From: an uncultured Bacilli bacterium | GTDB lineage: Bacteria; Bacillota_I; Bacilli_A; RF39; UBA660 | NCBI GenBank assembly: GCA_934101275.1 | Contig: CAKOQM010000001.1 | Location: 5,371 to 69,370, forward strand | Length of the DNA stretch: 64,000 bases | Reading direction: 5' to 3' | Notes under the pieces: generated by a model | Database searches by the model: none | What the model saw: the letters and a program-made list of their open reading frames with translations, nothing else | What the model was told of the DNA's origin: nothing | Part shown: piece after piece, positions 49,551-59,095 of the stretch | Layout of the letters: every line of letters begins with the position of its first letter | How positions within the stretch are numbered: position 1 is the stretch's first letter | Position numbers and translations under genes: made by a program

Positions 49551-50220
49551 CTTCTTTTTTGATATCATTAATAACATAACTTGACATTAAAGCTCCAGCT
49601 GCCATAGGGACGGCACAAATGGTCCCTAAAAGAGCAGCATGTTTAGGAACTTCTAAGCTACATACACACATAGATTTTAAAGCTTTCTCATTTTTATTTA
49701 ATTGACTTCTAATTTTCTTTGCAAGGGGATCACTTTTCGTGTTTTTAAGAGGAATTATTTCTAACAACTCAGGATGAGTTTTATTAGCCGTTCCCATGCA
49801 TGTTATAAGCTTCACTTTAGCTTTTGTACAAACTTCTATCAATTTAACTTTAATAGAAACTGTGTCACAAGCGTCTAAAACATAGTCAAATGGCTTTACA
49901 AAGTCACTTGTGATATCTTCTGCAGCAAGGCTTTTTTTCAAGGCTTTAACATATGTTTTTGAAGGTATTTGTTCTGATCTTTTTTGGGCAGCTAAAACCT
50001 TATCCATACCAATGGTTTCGGTTGTCGAAAGAATCTGTCTATTTAGGTTTGTTATATCAAAAACATCTTTATCAACAACGGTTATTTCCTTAATACCGGT
50101 GCGTATTAAAGATTCAAAAACATATCCTCCAACACCGCCTAAACCAATCAAAAGAACTTTCGTATTTTTAATACGGTTTATAACATCTTCATCAAGTAAT
50201 CTTTCAATTCTTTCAAACAT
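49534..50220 (-). CDS. ThiF/MoeB/HesA-family E1-like protein (TcdA/CsdL-like)
   Basis: 228 aa; 'VLLIGLGGVGGYVFESLIRTGIKEITVVDKDVFDITNLNRQ' dinucleotide-binding motif. Confidence 0.75.
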   Translation of the reverse strand: MFERIERLLDEDVINRIKNTKVLLIGLGGVGGYVFESLIRTGIKEITVVDKDVFDITNLNRQILSTTETIGMDKVLAAQKRSEQIPSKTYVKALKKSLAAEDITSDFVKPFDYVLDACDTVSIKVKLIEVCTKAKVKLITCMGTANKTHPELLEIIPLKNTKSDPLAKKIRSQLNKNEKALKSMCVCSLEVPKHAALLGTICAVPMAAGALMSSYVINDIKKEVMTQK

Positions 50221-50484
50221 ATATATTCACTATCCTTTAAACAACAAAAAAACCAAATGTAAGTCAGTGTGATAAAATCCCCGCTTTCTCGCAGGTGGGC
50301 ATCTCTCTTATATTTCAGGATCCTAATTCACTTAACGGATTAGTTTTCTACACCATATAAGGTTCTGATTCCCGTATATCACCATAGTCGGTTTTATGTA
50401 ACTATCTTACACTTGGTAACTAAATTATACAATAAATTAATGAGAGGCGCAACTATATTTACACAAGTTTACACTTGCAAAATC

Positions 50485-51679
50485 TTAAGGCGTTTGAATG
50501 ATATAAGGACTACTTGAAGTACCAATTCCGCCACTTATTTTGGCATCCTCTTTTATATTTATAATAGCTGTGATAAGTCCAATAGAATATTTTAGAGCTT
50601 TATTTCCTTTTTTACTTGTCGTCACAGTAAAACGATCATTTTCATTAGGACATGTTAATATAGGCGATATCTTCCATTTGATATAAGCCTTTATCAGATT
50701 TATCACTTTCTTCTTCTGTTTGATTAGCACATAGCCACTTAAAGTGTATTTTCTCGTTTTTATAGATGTGCCACCAAATCTGGTTGCAGTACATCTGTAA
50801 AACTTGCTTTTGAAAGCTCATATACAGATACACAATTTGAAGTTGCTTTCCAAATGGTGACAATGTCTTGACAACTTGTTGCATAACCTGCATTACAAAA
50901 ATAATACTTGGCATTTGTATAATCTAATGTTGTCAGATCTAATTGTTCTACATTCGTTAAGACATATTTACCTGTCTCACTATTATTAAAGGTATAGCCG
51001 GTTCCAATAGGAAGTAAGACATAAGAAGAACTTAAATTTTTAAATCTCTCATCATTATCTTTTAAGGCTACTAAGTCAGGATGAGGCATCGTAATAGATA
51101 CATTAGATGTTGTACTCGATTTACTTTCATTCCATATTAAGATACTGATGGTTACTTTGGATAAAAACATTGTGTTCATAGCATCTGTGTCTTCTGCTGT
51201 TACATTTTCATCCATCCATAATCTTAAAGTGTAATCGGAACTGTCTTCCGTTCCTAAAGTACCTTTTAATAAAATTTTAGAGGTGGTTACATTATCTAAA
51301 ATTACTTCTGTACTTTCTAAATCCTTTAAATTTGTCATAGCTTCATTATTTACCATAGCTTTTATGTATTTATAAGGCATAGTTATCTCTTTTAATATTT
51401 CCAAGTTAATAGTGTAACTTAAAAATAAATCACAGGTATTTGTTATAGTAAAGCTATAAGGAGTTAGCTTTTTTCCTTCTTCATCACTTATTGGATAAGC
51501 TTTTTCTAAATTAATATCATTTTTTCATTTGTTAAAGACAAACTTAGACAGCTCGTTACTAACTTATTTGGATTATTCTGCGAAAATGTTAAAAACAAAT
51601 AGGCATAAGAGATGCCTATGACACAAACTATTAATAATCCTATTCCGAGTAACAATACTATTTTTTCCTTTTTATTCAT
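50485..51679 (-). pseudogene. Decayed paralog of the 13898 surface-protein gene: frameshift at an A6 tract plus downstream stop and frame break
   Basis: N-terminal ORF (ATG 51679) 'MNKKEKIVLLLGIGLLIVCVIGISYAYLFLTFSQNNPNKLVTSCLSLSLTNEK' stops just after the run gaaaaaatgat; one extra A would fuse it to 'NDINLEKAYPISDEEGKKLTPYSFTITNTCD...YTLRLWMDENV...' (ORF 50760-51404); the 50485-50730 ORF ends 'ISGGIGTSSSPYIIQTP', like the 13898 C-terminus 'LSGEGTLEDPYVLG'. Confidence 0.65.
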
Positions 51680-51724
51680 TTGAAACAGACTTCTTTATTT
51701 CTAGTAAAAGTAAAGCCAAGTAAT

Positions 51725-51795
51725 TTTTACGCACAAAAAATCACCATAGACTTCCTATGATGATTATAAAAGAACCCCCCCTCCCCGAACGCCAA
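51725..51795 (-). promoter_or_regulatory. Promoter cassette, copy B: G4-A-G7 tract in a 21-nt -35/-10 spacer, then an inverted repeat and a T-run
   Basis: Minus strand: TTGGCG (51795-51790), ggggaggggggg (51786-51775), TATAAT (51768-51763), inverted repeat atcatcatag/ctatggtgat, then tttttt; about 85% identical to 13698-13770. Confidence 0.6.
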
Positions 51796-52089
51796 GGGGA
51801 TTTTGGAAAAAGTTGCTATTAGTAACTTTCTGTATGATTTTATGTTGTATAAAAATAACGGGTATTTTAATATATTTTTCTTTGTAACAATTTCATAACC
51901 GTTTTCTGATCCGAGGTCCATTTATTGCATGTACTAGCCTGTTCATCACATAAACCTCCACAGCAAAAACTATTACAATTTGAACAAGTATGTTTAATAC
52001 TATTAGCAAGTTTATTAGCCATAAGTGTACAAAGGCATAAGTAAATTAAATCCTCATCATATGTCTTTTTAGAACCCAATTTTTTTTAA

Positions 52090-52278
52090 TTATTTTTCAT
52101 TTTCTTCATTTTTAATAATTATCCCATTTTTAATGGTAAAGTATTTTTTGAAAGACGCCCTTTTAATTTCAACTTTAAAGCTTTTTTCACTAAGTTTTTT
52201 AACAATAACTTTGATAACGAAATCTAGTTTTTCTTTTGTAACAAAATTTTCTTGAAATCTTTTTTTCTTTGCTTCCAT
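52090..52278 (-). CDS. Hypothetical small protein
   Basis: 62 aa, Lys-rich, upstream of and co-directional with holA. Confidence 0.3.
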   Translation of the reverse strand: MEAKKKRFQENFVTKEKLDFVIKVIVKKLSEKSFKVEIKRASFKKYFTIKNGIIIKNEENEK

Positions 52279-52332
52279 AATAGCATCGAAAATATCGTAA
52301 TATTGTAATTCAAAATTTCTTCATTCTATTTT

Positions 52333-53271
52333 TTAACTATCAAAAACTTCTGTTAAGAAAGCATACATAGCTACTACTTTATCTTCACGACCGCTTTTGA
52401 TACCTAAATCTAGTTTGGATAAGTCTACCAAAATGGTTTTTAAATCGTCCTTATGATAAAGGCTTGCTTCTTTACGAAGCTTTGTAGCCTGCCAATCTTG
52501 AATACTCAAATGAGAAGCTATGTCTTTTGCTATATAATTTTTTTCTTCTAATAATTTATAACAATAAACAAGACGATATTCACGAGCTAAAAGATTTAAC
52601 AATTGTAAAGGATCTGTTTTTAAAGTTAAAAAATTTTCATAAAGATTTATAGAAGTAAAACTATCTTTCAAGACAACGGCATCCACAAATTTAAAGACAT
52701 TGTCCGTTACATTTACAGGAATCATTTCTTTTAGTTCTTCTAAGGTAATACGGTCATTTTTTTGATAATATAATTCAAGTTTAGCGATTTCATTTAAAAT
52801 GATATCATAATTACTCAAACAAGCATCTATAAGATATTTTATGGCCTCATCTTTAATTTGATAAGCTTTCATCTTATTTTTTATAATATTTTGAAGTTCA
52901 TAATTTTTAGGTACCTTTAACTCAAGATAACCATTTTGCTGAATTATACTTTTACTTAAAGTTTTTCTCGTATCGACATCTTCATAAGTAGTAAAAATTA
53001 AAGTCGTAAGACTATTGGGATTACTTAAATATTTTGTTAATTTTGTTGTATCTTTTTCGTTTAATTTCGTAGCACCAAAAAAAGAGGCATTTTTCACAAT
53101 AACAGCTTTTTCTTCAGCAAACATAGATACAAAAGAAGCTTCTTCTAAAATAGCATCCACTGAGCTTTCTGGATAAGATAATGTTGTTTTTTCTAAAATA
53201 TTTTGTGTAAGTTCTTGAATTTTTTCATCCATTAAAACTTTAGATTCACTTTTTATTAAAAAAACTTGCAT
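52333..53271 (-). CDS. holA: DNA polymerase III delta subunit
   Basis: 312 aa; overall HolA-like layout ('DPLQLLNLLAREYRLVYCYK', C-terminal 'DLGIKSG'). Confidence 0.7.
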   Translation of the reverse strand: MQVFLIKSESKVLMDEKIQELTQNILEKTTLSYPESSVDAILEEASFVSMFAEEKAVIVKNASFFGATKLNEKDTTKLTKYLSNPNSLTTLIFTTYEDVDTRKTLSKSIIQQNGYLELKVPKNYELQNIIKNKMKAYQIKDEAIKYLIDACLSNYDIILNEIAKLELYYQKNDRITLEELKEMIPVNVTDNVFKFVDAVVLKDSFTSINLYENFLTLKTDPLQLLNLLAREYRLVYCYKLLEEKNYIAKDIASHLSIQDWQATKLRKEASLYHKDDLKTILVDLSKLDLGIKSGREDKVVAMYAFLTEVFDS

Positions 53272-53363
53272 AGGATCACCTGTACCTGGGTCAATTATAT
53301 CATGGATACTTTAAGATGTAAATTAAGGTGACTTCCTTATTCTAAATAAGAAAATAATCTAAA

Positions 53364-53714
53364 CTAATTTTTAGGTTTAAAAATAAAAGATAAGACAAAA
53401 GCAAAAATAACAGCACTCGTTATTGCCGCGGAACTTTTGACAAGTAAACCACTAAAGAGACCTAAAATTCCCATTTCATGGTAACCTTCTATAACACTTT
53501 GATAAAGCATATTACCAAAGTTAGAAATCAAAATCGTCGCGCCTGCTCCTCCAAAAGATATAAGTTTTGGATAAAGGCCAAAGAAAGCTAAAATAGCCCC
53601 TAAAACAGTAAACATAGAAGTGATATGGCCAGGTGTTAATTTTGTATTATCTAAGATAAGTTGGGCGACAAGACAAAAAAGACCTGTGACCAAAAAAGCA
53701 TTTATATAAATCAT
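53364..53714 (-). CDS. spoVAEB: Stage V sporulation protein AE (SpoVAEb-type)
   Basis: 116 aa membrane protein; 'FGGAGATILISNFGNMLYQSVIEG' SpoVAC/SpoVAEb family core. Confidence 0.7.
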   Translation of the reverse strand: MIYINAFLVTGLFCLVAQLILDNTKLTPGHITSMFTVLGAILAFFGLYPKLISFGGAGATILISNFGNMLYQSVIEGYHEMGILGLFSGLLVKSSAAITSAVIFAFVLSFIFKPKN

Positions 53715-54691
53715 TTTGTGACCTCCAAACTAACAGCATGAGCAATGGCTGGAATTGTTATTTTTTGATTAACAAGAAAAGGATTATGTAAGGAACCCGT
53801 TCCTATAATCAAAATACGATGATACTTATTAGATTTTAAGATTTTTCCAAATAAATAAAGTGGTAAAGCAACAGGGCCGCTGGCACCTGCATTTGTTTCT
53901 TCCTGATTTTTTAAATATAATTCGCAGCCAGCATCTAAATGTTTTGTAAGTTTTATGTGATAGGCTTGTTTTAAATATTCTTTTAATATTTTTGATCCAA
54001 TACAACCTAAGTCTCCTGTTAAAATAAGATCATAATAATCTATAGAACGTTTCATTTCCTTTAAATGTTCATTTAAAACATCCGCGGCAGCAGGGGCCAT
54101 GATCGCTCCCATATGGCTTGTATCGTTTTGTCCCATATCAATAACTTTACCAATCGTATAACTTTCTATTTTTATAGAAGAAGGCTCCTTTGTAAGTAAA
54201 ACACTAACACTACCCGTGGCCGTAAACGTCGCAGTTAAGGGTCTTGGCGCGCCGTATTCAATAGGATAACGAAATTGCTTTTCAGCCGATAAATTATGTG
54301 ATGATGTCACACAGATTCCTAAAGCTTTTGTTTTATTTTCGAGAAATTCCGCGGCTAGAAATAGACTTTCCACAAAAGATGCGCAGGCGGAATAAACACC
54401 TAAATAAGGTATATTATAATAACGAGCCGCATAACTAGATGTTCCAATTTGATTCGATAAGTCCCCTGAAACAAGTAAAGAAATCTGACTTGGTAACAGG
54501 TGATTTTTTTCTAGTAAATTATCTACAGCAACTTTTTGCATTTTAATTTCTGCTTGTTCAAATGTACTTGCTTTAAAATAAAAATCATCTAAAGTCATAT
54601 CATAATCTTTTACACTCCCCTCTTTTTCGAAAGGTCCCGCAATTGTAAAAGTATCTTTGATATAGACATTATTTATTTTTTTACTAGCCAT
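53711..54691 (-). CDS. spoVAD: Stage V sporulation protein AD
   Basis: 326 aa; thiolase/ketoacyl-synthase-like fold, 'MASKKINNVYIKDTFTIAGPFEKEG'; overlapping starts and stops with its neighbours. Confidence 0.8.
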   Translation of the reverse strand: MASKKINNVYIKDTFTIAGPFEKEGSVKDYDMTLDDFYFKASTFEQAEIKMQKVAVDNLLEKNHLLPSQISLLVSGDLSNQIGTSSYAARYYNIPYLGVYSACASFVESLFLAAEFLENKTKALGICVTSSHNLSAEKQFRYPIEYGAPRPLTATFTATGSVSVLLTKEPSSIKIESYTIGKVIDMGQNDTSHMGAIMAPAAADVLNEHLKEMKRSIDYYDLILTGDLGCIGSKILKEYLKQAYHIKLTKHLDAGCELYLKNQEETNAGASGPVALPLYLFGKILKSNKYHRILIIGTGSLHNPFLVNQKITIPAIAHAVSLEVTK

Positions 54692-55121
54692 AAATGATCA
54701 CCCCTAAAATTCCTAAGAAAAAGGCACTTACCATACCGTATAATAATACACTTCCTGCCAAGCGAAAAAAATTAGAACCAAGACCTGTAATAAGGCCATC
54801 ACGTCTATAATCTAAGGCGGCTGAAGTAACCGAATGGGCAAATCCTGTTGTTGGTAAAAAAAGACCGGCCTGACACTTACTTACCCATGTATCAAAAAAG
54901 CCTAACGAGGTCAAAAAACTAGAAGCAAATATCATTGTAATGCAAAGCCATACAAAAGCTTCTTTTTGGGGAATACCAAAACAATTTTCTAACACCGTCA
55001 CAAAAATTTGACCCATTAATCCTATTAATCCTCCCACGAAAAAAGAAATAAAAGCACGTTTCATTTTAGGCTCTTTTGGTTTTAACTCATCCACTAATTT
55101 TTGATATTCATCTTTATTCAT
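54684..55121 (-). CDS. spoVAC: Stage V sporulation protein AC
   Basis: ATG at 55121 behind RBS AGGAGGA; membrane protein 'FISFFVGGLIGLMGQ...LFLPTTGFAHSVTSAALDYRRDG'. Confidence 0.75.
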   Translation of the reverse strand: MNKDEYQKLVDELKPKEPKMKRAFISFFVGGLIGLMGQIFVTVLENCFGIPQKEAFVWLCITMIFASSFLTSLGFFDTWVSKCQAGLFLPTTGFAHSVTSAALDYRRDGLITGLGSNFFRLAGSVLLYGMVSAFFLGILGVIIYG

Positions 55122-55217
55122 ATCTGTCCTCCTAGCCCTAGTATGGAATGTTTTTTTAAAATTATACCCATAGACAGGCAATCAAATGTATGGTAGGATT
55201 ATAGACGAGGTGTAGAA

Positions 55218-55844
55218 ATGGAAGAAAGTGTAAAATTAACAGCCAAACAGGAAAAAGTTTTGGATTGCATAAAAAAGTATCAAGCAGAGCATGGTTTTCC
55301 CCCAGCCGTCAGAGAAATTTGTGAAATCCTAGGCTTATCAAGTCCTGCCACCGTACAATCCCATATTAATAATTTAAAAAAAGCCGGTGTGATTCGTAAT
55401 TCAAGCAACAAATTTAGAACACTTGAATTACTTGTTGACAATGAATATTTAAAAGAAGAAGATGGTATTATAAAGGTACCTTTACTTGGTAAAGTAACTG
55501 CAGGAAATCCTATCGAAGCTATTGAAAAGCCAAATGAATTTTTTGAACTTCCTGCTTGTTTAGTTCCTTTAAATAAAACAGTTTTCACTTTAAAAGTAAG
55601 TGGAGATTCTATGATTAATAAAGGTATCCAAGATGGGGATATTGTAATATTAGAAAAACAAAATGTTGCAAATAATGGGGATATTGTGGTAGCCATGACA
55701 GAAGATAATGAAGTGACTTTAAAAACTTTTTATAAGGAAGAGGATCATATCCGTTTACAACCTGAAAATGATACGATGAAGCCTTTTATTTTCCATAATG
55801 TGACCATTTTAGGAAAAGCTATTGGCCTTTTTCATCAATTTTAA
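55218..55844 (+). CDS. lexA: LexA repressor
   Basis: 208 aa; N-terminal wHTH; C-terminal S24 peptidase 'VSGDSMINKGIQDGDIVIL', Ala-Gly cleavage site 'VTAGNP'. Confidence 0.9.
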   Translation: MEESVKLTAKQEKVLDCIKKYQAEHGFPPAVREICEILGLSSPATVQSHINNLKKAGVIRNSSNKFRTLELLVDNEYLKEEDGIIKVPLLGKVTAGNPIEAIEKPNEFFELPACLVPLNKTVFTLKVSGDSMINKGIQDGDIVILEKQNVANNGDIVVAMTEDNEVTLKTFYKEEDHIRLQPENDTMKPFIFHNVTILGKAIGLFHQF

Positions 55845-55897
55845 ATAACCTAAAAAGGGTTATTTTTTTTCATGAAAAAACTCGTTTTTTAACGAGT

Positions 55898-58246
55898 TTA
55901 GAGATCCCAATGCCAGTTTGTAACTTCGTCTAAGTCTTTACCATATTCACGAATATAAACAGCATGTTTTTTTAATTGTTCTTCACAATATGTTTTTAAA
56001 GCAAGCGTATCAAATTCAGAAAGATATTTTAACGCTAGCAAGATTAAATGATAACGATCAAGTTTATTTTGAACACGCATATCAAAAGGTGTGGTAATAG
56101 TTCCTTCTTCTATATAACCACGAACATGGATGTTTTGATTCGTTCTTTTGTAAGTCAATTCATGAATCACATTAGGATACCCATGAAAGGCCAAAACAAC
56201 CGGTTTATTTTTAGTAAAAATAGCGTCAAACTCTTTATCGGTTAGACCATGTGGGTGATCCTCGTGACTTTCTAGTTTCATTAAATCAACCACATTAACA
56301 ACTCTTACCTTTAAATTAGGTAACCAATGTCTTAATATGCTTGTCGCCGCCATGACTTCAAGTGTTGGGGTGTCTCCTGCACAGGCCAAAACAATATCTG
56401 GATTATTATCTAAATCGTTACTGGCAAAGCCAAAGATACCAAGCCCTTTTTCACAATGGCGAATCGCTTCTTTCATTCCTAACCACTCTGGACGAGGATG
56501 TTTACTAGCAATAATTAAGTTAATATAATTTTCACTTTGTAAGCAGTGATCCATCACAGAAATCAAGGTATTGGCATCGCATGGTAAATAAATACGTGCG
56601 ATCGATGATTTTTTGGTTAAAATATGATTAATCATACCCGGATCTTGATGCGTATAACCATTATGATCTTGTTGCCAGCAATGACTTGTAACAAGTAAAT
56701 TTAGACTCGCGATAGGTTTTCGCCAAGCAAGCTCACTAGAAACTTTAAGCCACTTAGCATGTTGACTAATCATAGAATCAACAATACGCATAAAAGATTC
56801 ATAACTATGGAAAATACCATGTCTTCCCGTCAAAAGATAACCTTCTAATAAGCCTTCGCAGACATGTTCCGAAAGCATAGAATCAATCACACGGCCTTCC
56901 GTACTTAAAAGCTCATCATCGTCTAAAATTTTACCCTCAAATTGTCTTTTGGTAACTTCAAACACCGAATAAAGACGATTGGATAAAGCTTCATCTGGGC
57001 CAAAAAGACGGAAATTGGTCGGATTTAATGCAATCACATCTTTTAAGTAACGTCCAAGGACTTTCATATCTTCTTTTTCATCATTGCCAGGATACGGAAT
57101 ACGAATGCCATATTTTAAGATATTAGGAAGTTTTAACGGCTCTTTTACAAGACCGCCATTCGCATTTTTATTTGCACTCATTCTTCTTTCTTTTATAGGC
57201 ATCACACGGCAGGTGTCTTTTAATCTTCCTTTTTCGTCAAATAATTCTTCTGGATGATAACTTTTAAGCCATCTTTCTAAAACTTCTAAGCTTTCGGGAT
57301 GATTTTCATTTACCTCGACAGGAACTTGATGAGACCGAAAGGAGTCTTCAATCTTTTTGCCATCGATTTCTTTTGGACCCGTAAATCCTTTTGGCGTTTT
57401 TAAAATAATCATGGGCCAAATAGGTCTTTTAGTAACCCCTTTTTCTCTTGCTTCTTCTTGGATTAATTTAATTCTTATGATGACTTCATCCATCACTCTG
57501 GCCATTTGTTCATGGATATTTTCTTCTTTTCCAGAATCAACAATATAAGGCTCCCAACCACAACCTTTAAAGAAAGATAAAAGCTCTTCTTCACTAATAC
57601 GAGCAAAAATTGTTGGATTCGCAATTTTATAACCATTAAGATGTAAAATTGGTAAAACAACACCATCTTTTTGAGCATTTAAAAGTTTGTTACAATGCCA
57701 ACTCGTAGCAAGAGGTCCCGTTTCGGCTTCTCCATCGCCAACAATCACGGTGGCAATTAAAGATGGATTATCTAAAACGGCTCCGAAAGCATGAACGAGA
57801 CTATATCCAAGTTCACCACCCTCATTAATACTTCCGGGAACTTCTGGAGCCACATGACTTGATGTACCCCCTGGAAAACTAAAGTGTTTTAAAAATTTAC
57901 GCAAACCCTCTTCATCTTCGGTAAATTCCTTATAACACTCCGTATACGTTCCTTCAAAATAAGATTGTACCATCGCGGATTGGCCCGCATGACCAGGACC
58001 TACCACCCACATCATATTTAAATTATATTTATCAATGACGCGGTTACAATGAACATAGCAAAGATTTTGGCCAGGGGCACTCCCCCAGTGACCCACTAAT
58101 TTTGTTTTTATATCTGAAAAAGAAAGAGGTCTTCTTAAAAGAGGATTATCTTTTAAATATAAAGCCGCGGCGGATAAATAATTGGAGGCTCTAAAATAAC
58201 CATCTATTCTTTTTAATTCTTCTTCATTAAGTGTCATTTTCTGCAT
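55898..58246 (-). CDS. xfp: Phosphoketolase (xylulose-5-phosphate/fructose-6-phosphate)
   Basis: 782 aa; N-terminal 'HWGSAPGQN', TPP-binding 'GDGEAETGPLA'. Confidence 0.9.
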   Translation of the reverse strand: MQKMTLNEEELKRIDGYFRASNYLSAAALYLKDNPLLRRPLSFSDIKTKLVGHWGSAPGQNLCYVHCNRVIDKYNLNMMWVVGPGHAGQSAMVQSYFEGTYTECYKEFTEDEEGLRKFLKHFSFPGGTSSHVAPEVPGSINEGGELGYSLVHAFGAVLDNPSLIATVIVGDGEAETGPLATSWHCNKLLNAQKDGVVLPILHLNGYKIANPTIFARISEEELLSFFKGCGWEPYIVDSGKEENIHEQMARVMDEVIIRIKLIQEEAREKGVTKRPIWPMIILKTPKGFTGPKEIDGKKIEDSFRSHQVPVEVNENHPESLEVLERWLKSYHPEELFDEKGRLKDTCRVMPIKERRMSANKNANGGLVKEPLKLPNILKYGIRIPYPGNDEKEDMKVLGRYLKDVIALNPTNFRLFGPDEALSNRLYSVFEVTKRQFEGKILDDDELLSTEGRVIDSMLSEHVCEGLLEGYLLTGRHGIFHSYESFMRIVDSMISQHAKWLKVSSELAWRKPIASLNLLVTSHCWQQDHNGYTHQDPGMINHILTKKSSIARIYLPCDANTLISVMDHCLQSENYINLIIASKHPRPEWLGMKEAIRHCEKGLGIFGFASNDLDNNPDIVLACAGDTPTLEVMAATSILRHWLPNLKVRVVNVVDLMKLESHEDHPHGLTDKEFDAIFTKNKPVVLAFHGYPNVIHELTYKRTNQNIHVRGYIEEGTITTPFDMRVQNKLDRYHLILLALKYLSEFDTLALKTYCEEQLKKHAVYIREYGKDLDEVTNWHWDL

Positions 58247-58298
58247 ACTATTTCCCTCTCTATCCTATAAACAGTATACAATAATTAAGAAAAAAACA

Positions 58299-58718
58299 CT
58301 AGTCATTTTTTGACTTCGTGCTTTTCTTTTTCTTAGGTTCTTCTTTCTCTAATAAATCTCTTATCTCTTCTAAAAGTCTTACTTCATCACTTTTTTTAGG
58401 CGTTTCTTTTTTAGGCTCTTCTTTCTTTTCTAAATGTGTAATTTTATTAATAAATTTAACAAGTAAGAAAATACAGAAAGAAACAATTAAAAAATCAATA
58501 ACACTTTGAATAAACATACCATATTGAATATTGGCATCTTTAATAGTAAGTGATAAACCAGAAAAATCAATACCACCTAAAACAATCCCTAAAAGAGGGG
58601 TTAAAATATTATTAACAAGAGAGGAGACAATACTTGAAAAAGCCCCTCCAACAATAACGCCGACGGCAAGATCTAAGACATTGCCTCTTTTAATAAACTC
58701 TTTAAATTCTTTAATCAT
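58299..58718 (-). CDS. mscL: Large-conductance mechanosensitive channel
   Basis: ATG at 58718 behind RBS AAAGGAAGT; 'GNVLDLAVGVIVGGAF' TM1; Lys/Glu-rich C-terminal tail. Confidence 0.9.
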   Translation of the reverse strand: MIKEFKEFIKRGNVLDLAVGVIVGGAFSSIVSSLVNNILTPLLGIVLGGIDFSGLSLTIKDANIQYGMFIQSVIDFLIVSFCIFLLVKFINKITHLEKKEEPKKETPKKSDEVRLLEEIRDLLEKEEPKKKKSTKSKND

Positions 58719-59095
58719 ATAATGACTTCCTTTCACATAAAAGAATAGCACAGAAATATTAAAAGAAAAAGATATTATTTCTTTGCCATTTTCATCAATG
58801 TTTAAAATGAATAATTTCTAATACCCGTTTTGGTACTTTCTCTTAAAAATTTCCTAATATCTTTAATAATTATTTTTATCATAACTTCTAAAAAATAGTA
58901 TAAAAAAACTTAGCCAATACTATCAGCTAAGATTATATCACGATGGTCGAGAAGACAGGATTATTAAGTATTAGACGATACAAGTCGTAATCTTCGGATT
59001 TACGGCTTTTTTTGATGCATTATTATCCCTTAAAAATGATTTATATCCTTTAAACTCCAAAAAAATTAAGTGAAATTTAAAGGAGTGTGATATAT

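Noticed and set aside
49910-50272. 120-aa plus-strand ORF
   Set aside because: It is antisense to the well-supported ThiF-family gene.
50230-50480. Tried to assign the leader region to a T-box, purine, TPP or SAM riboswitch
   Set aside because: Only isolated short matches (CCGTTA; CCGACTATGG) with no surrounding conserved cores, so it is reported only as an unassigned leader.
51867-52079. 70-aa Cys-rich ORF (7 Cys; CSNCNSFCCGGLCDEQASTC) upstream of promoter cassette B; considered as a possible SCIFF/ranthipeptide-like precursor
   Set aside because: TTG start with no SD sequence, and no adjacent radical-SAM or modification gene. The overlapping 64-aa ORF (51727-51921) runs straight through the conserved promoter cassette, so both are more likely chance ORFs in an AT-rich spacer.
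55150-55217. Looked for a Firmicute LexA box (CGAAC-N4-GTTCG) upstream of lexA and in the prophage control region
   Set aside because: No match to the Cheo-box consensus was found by eye, so the operator may be divergent. No SOS box is claimed.
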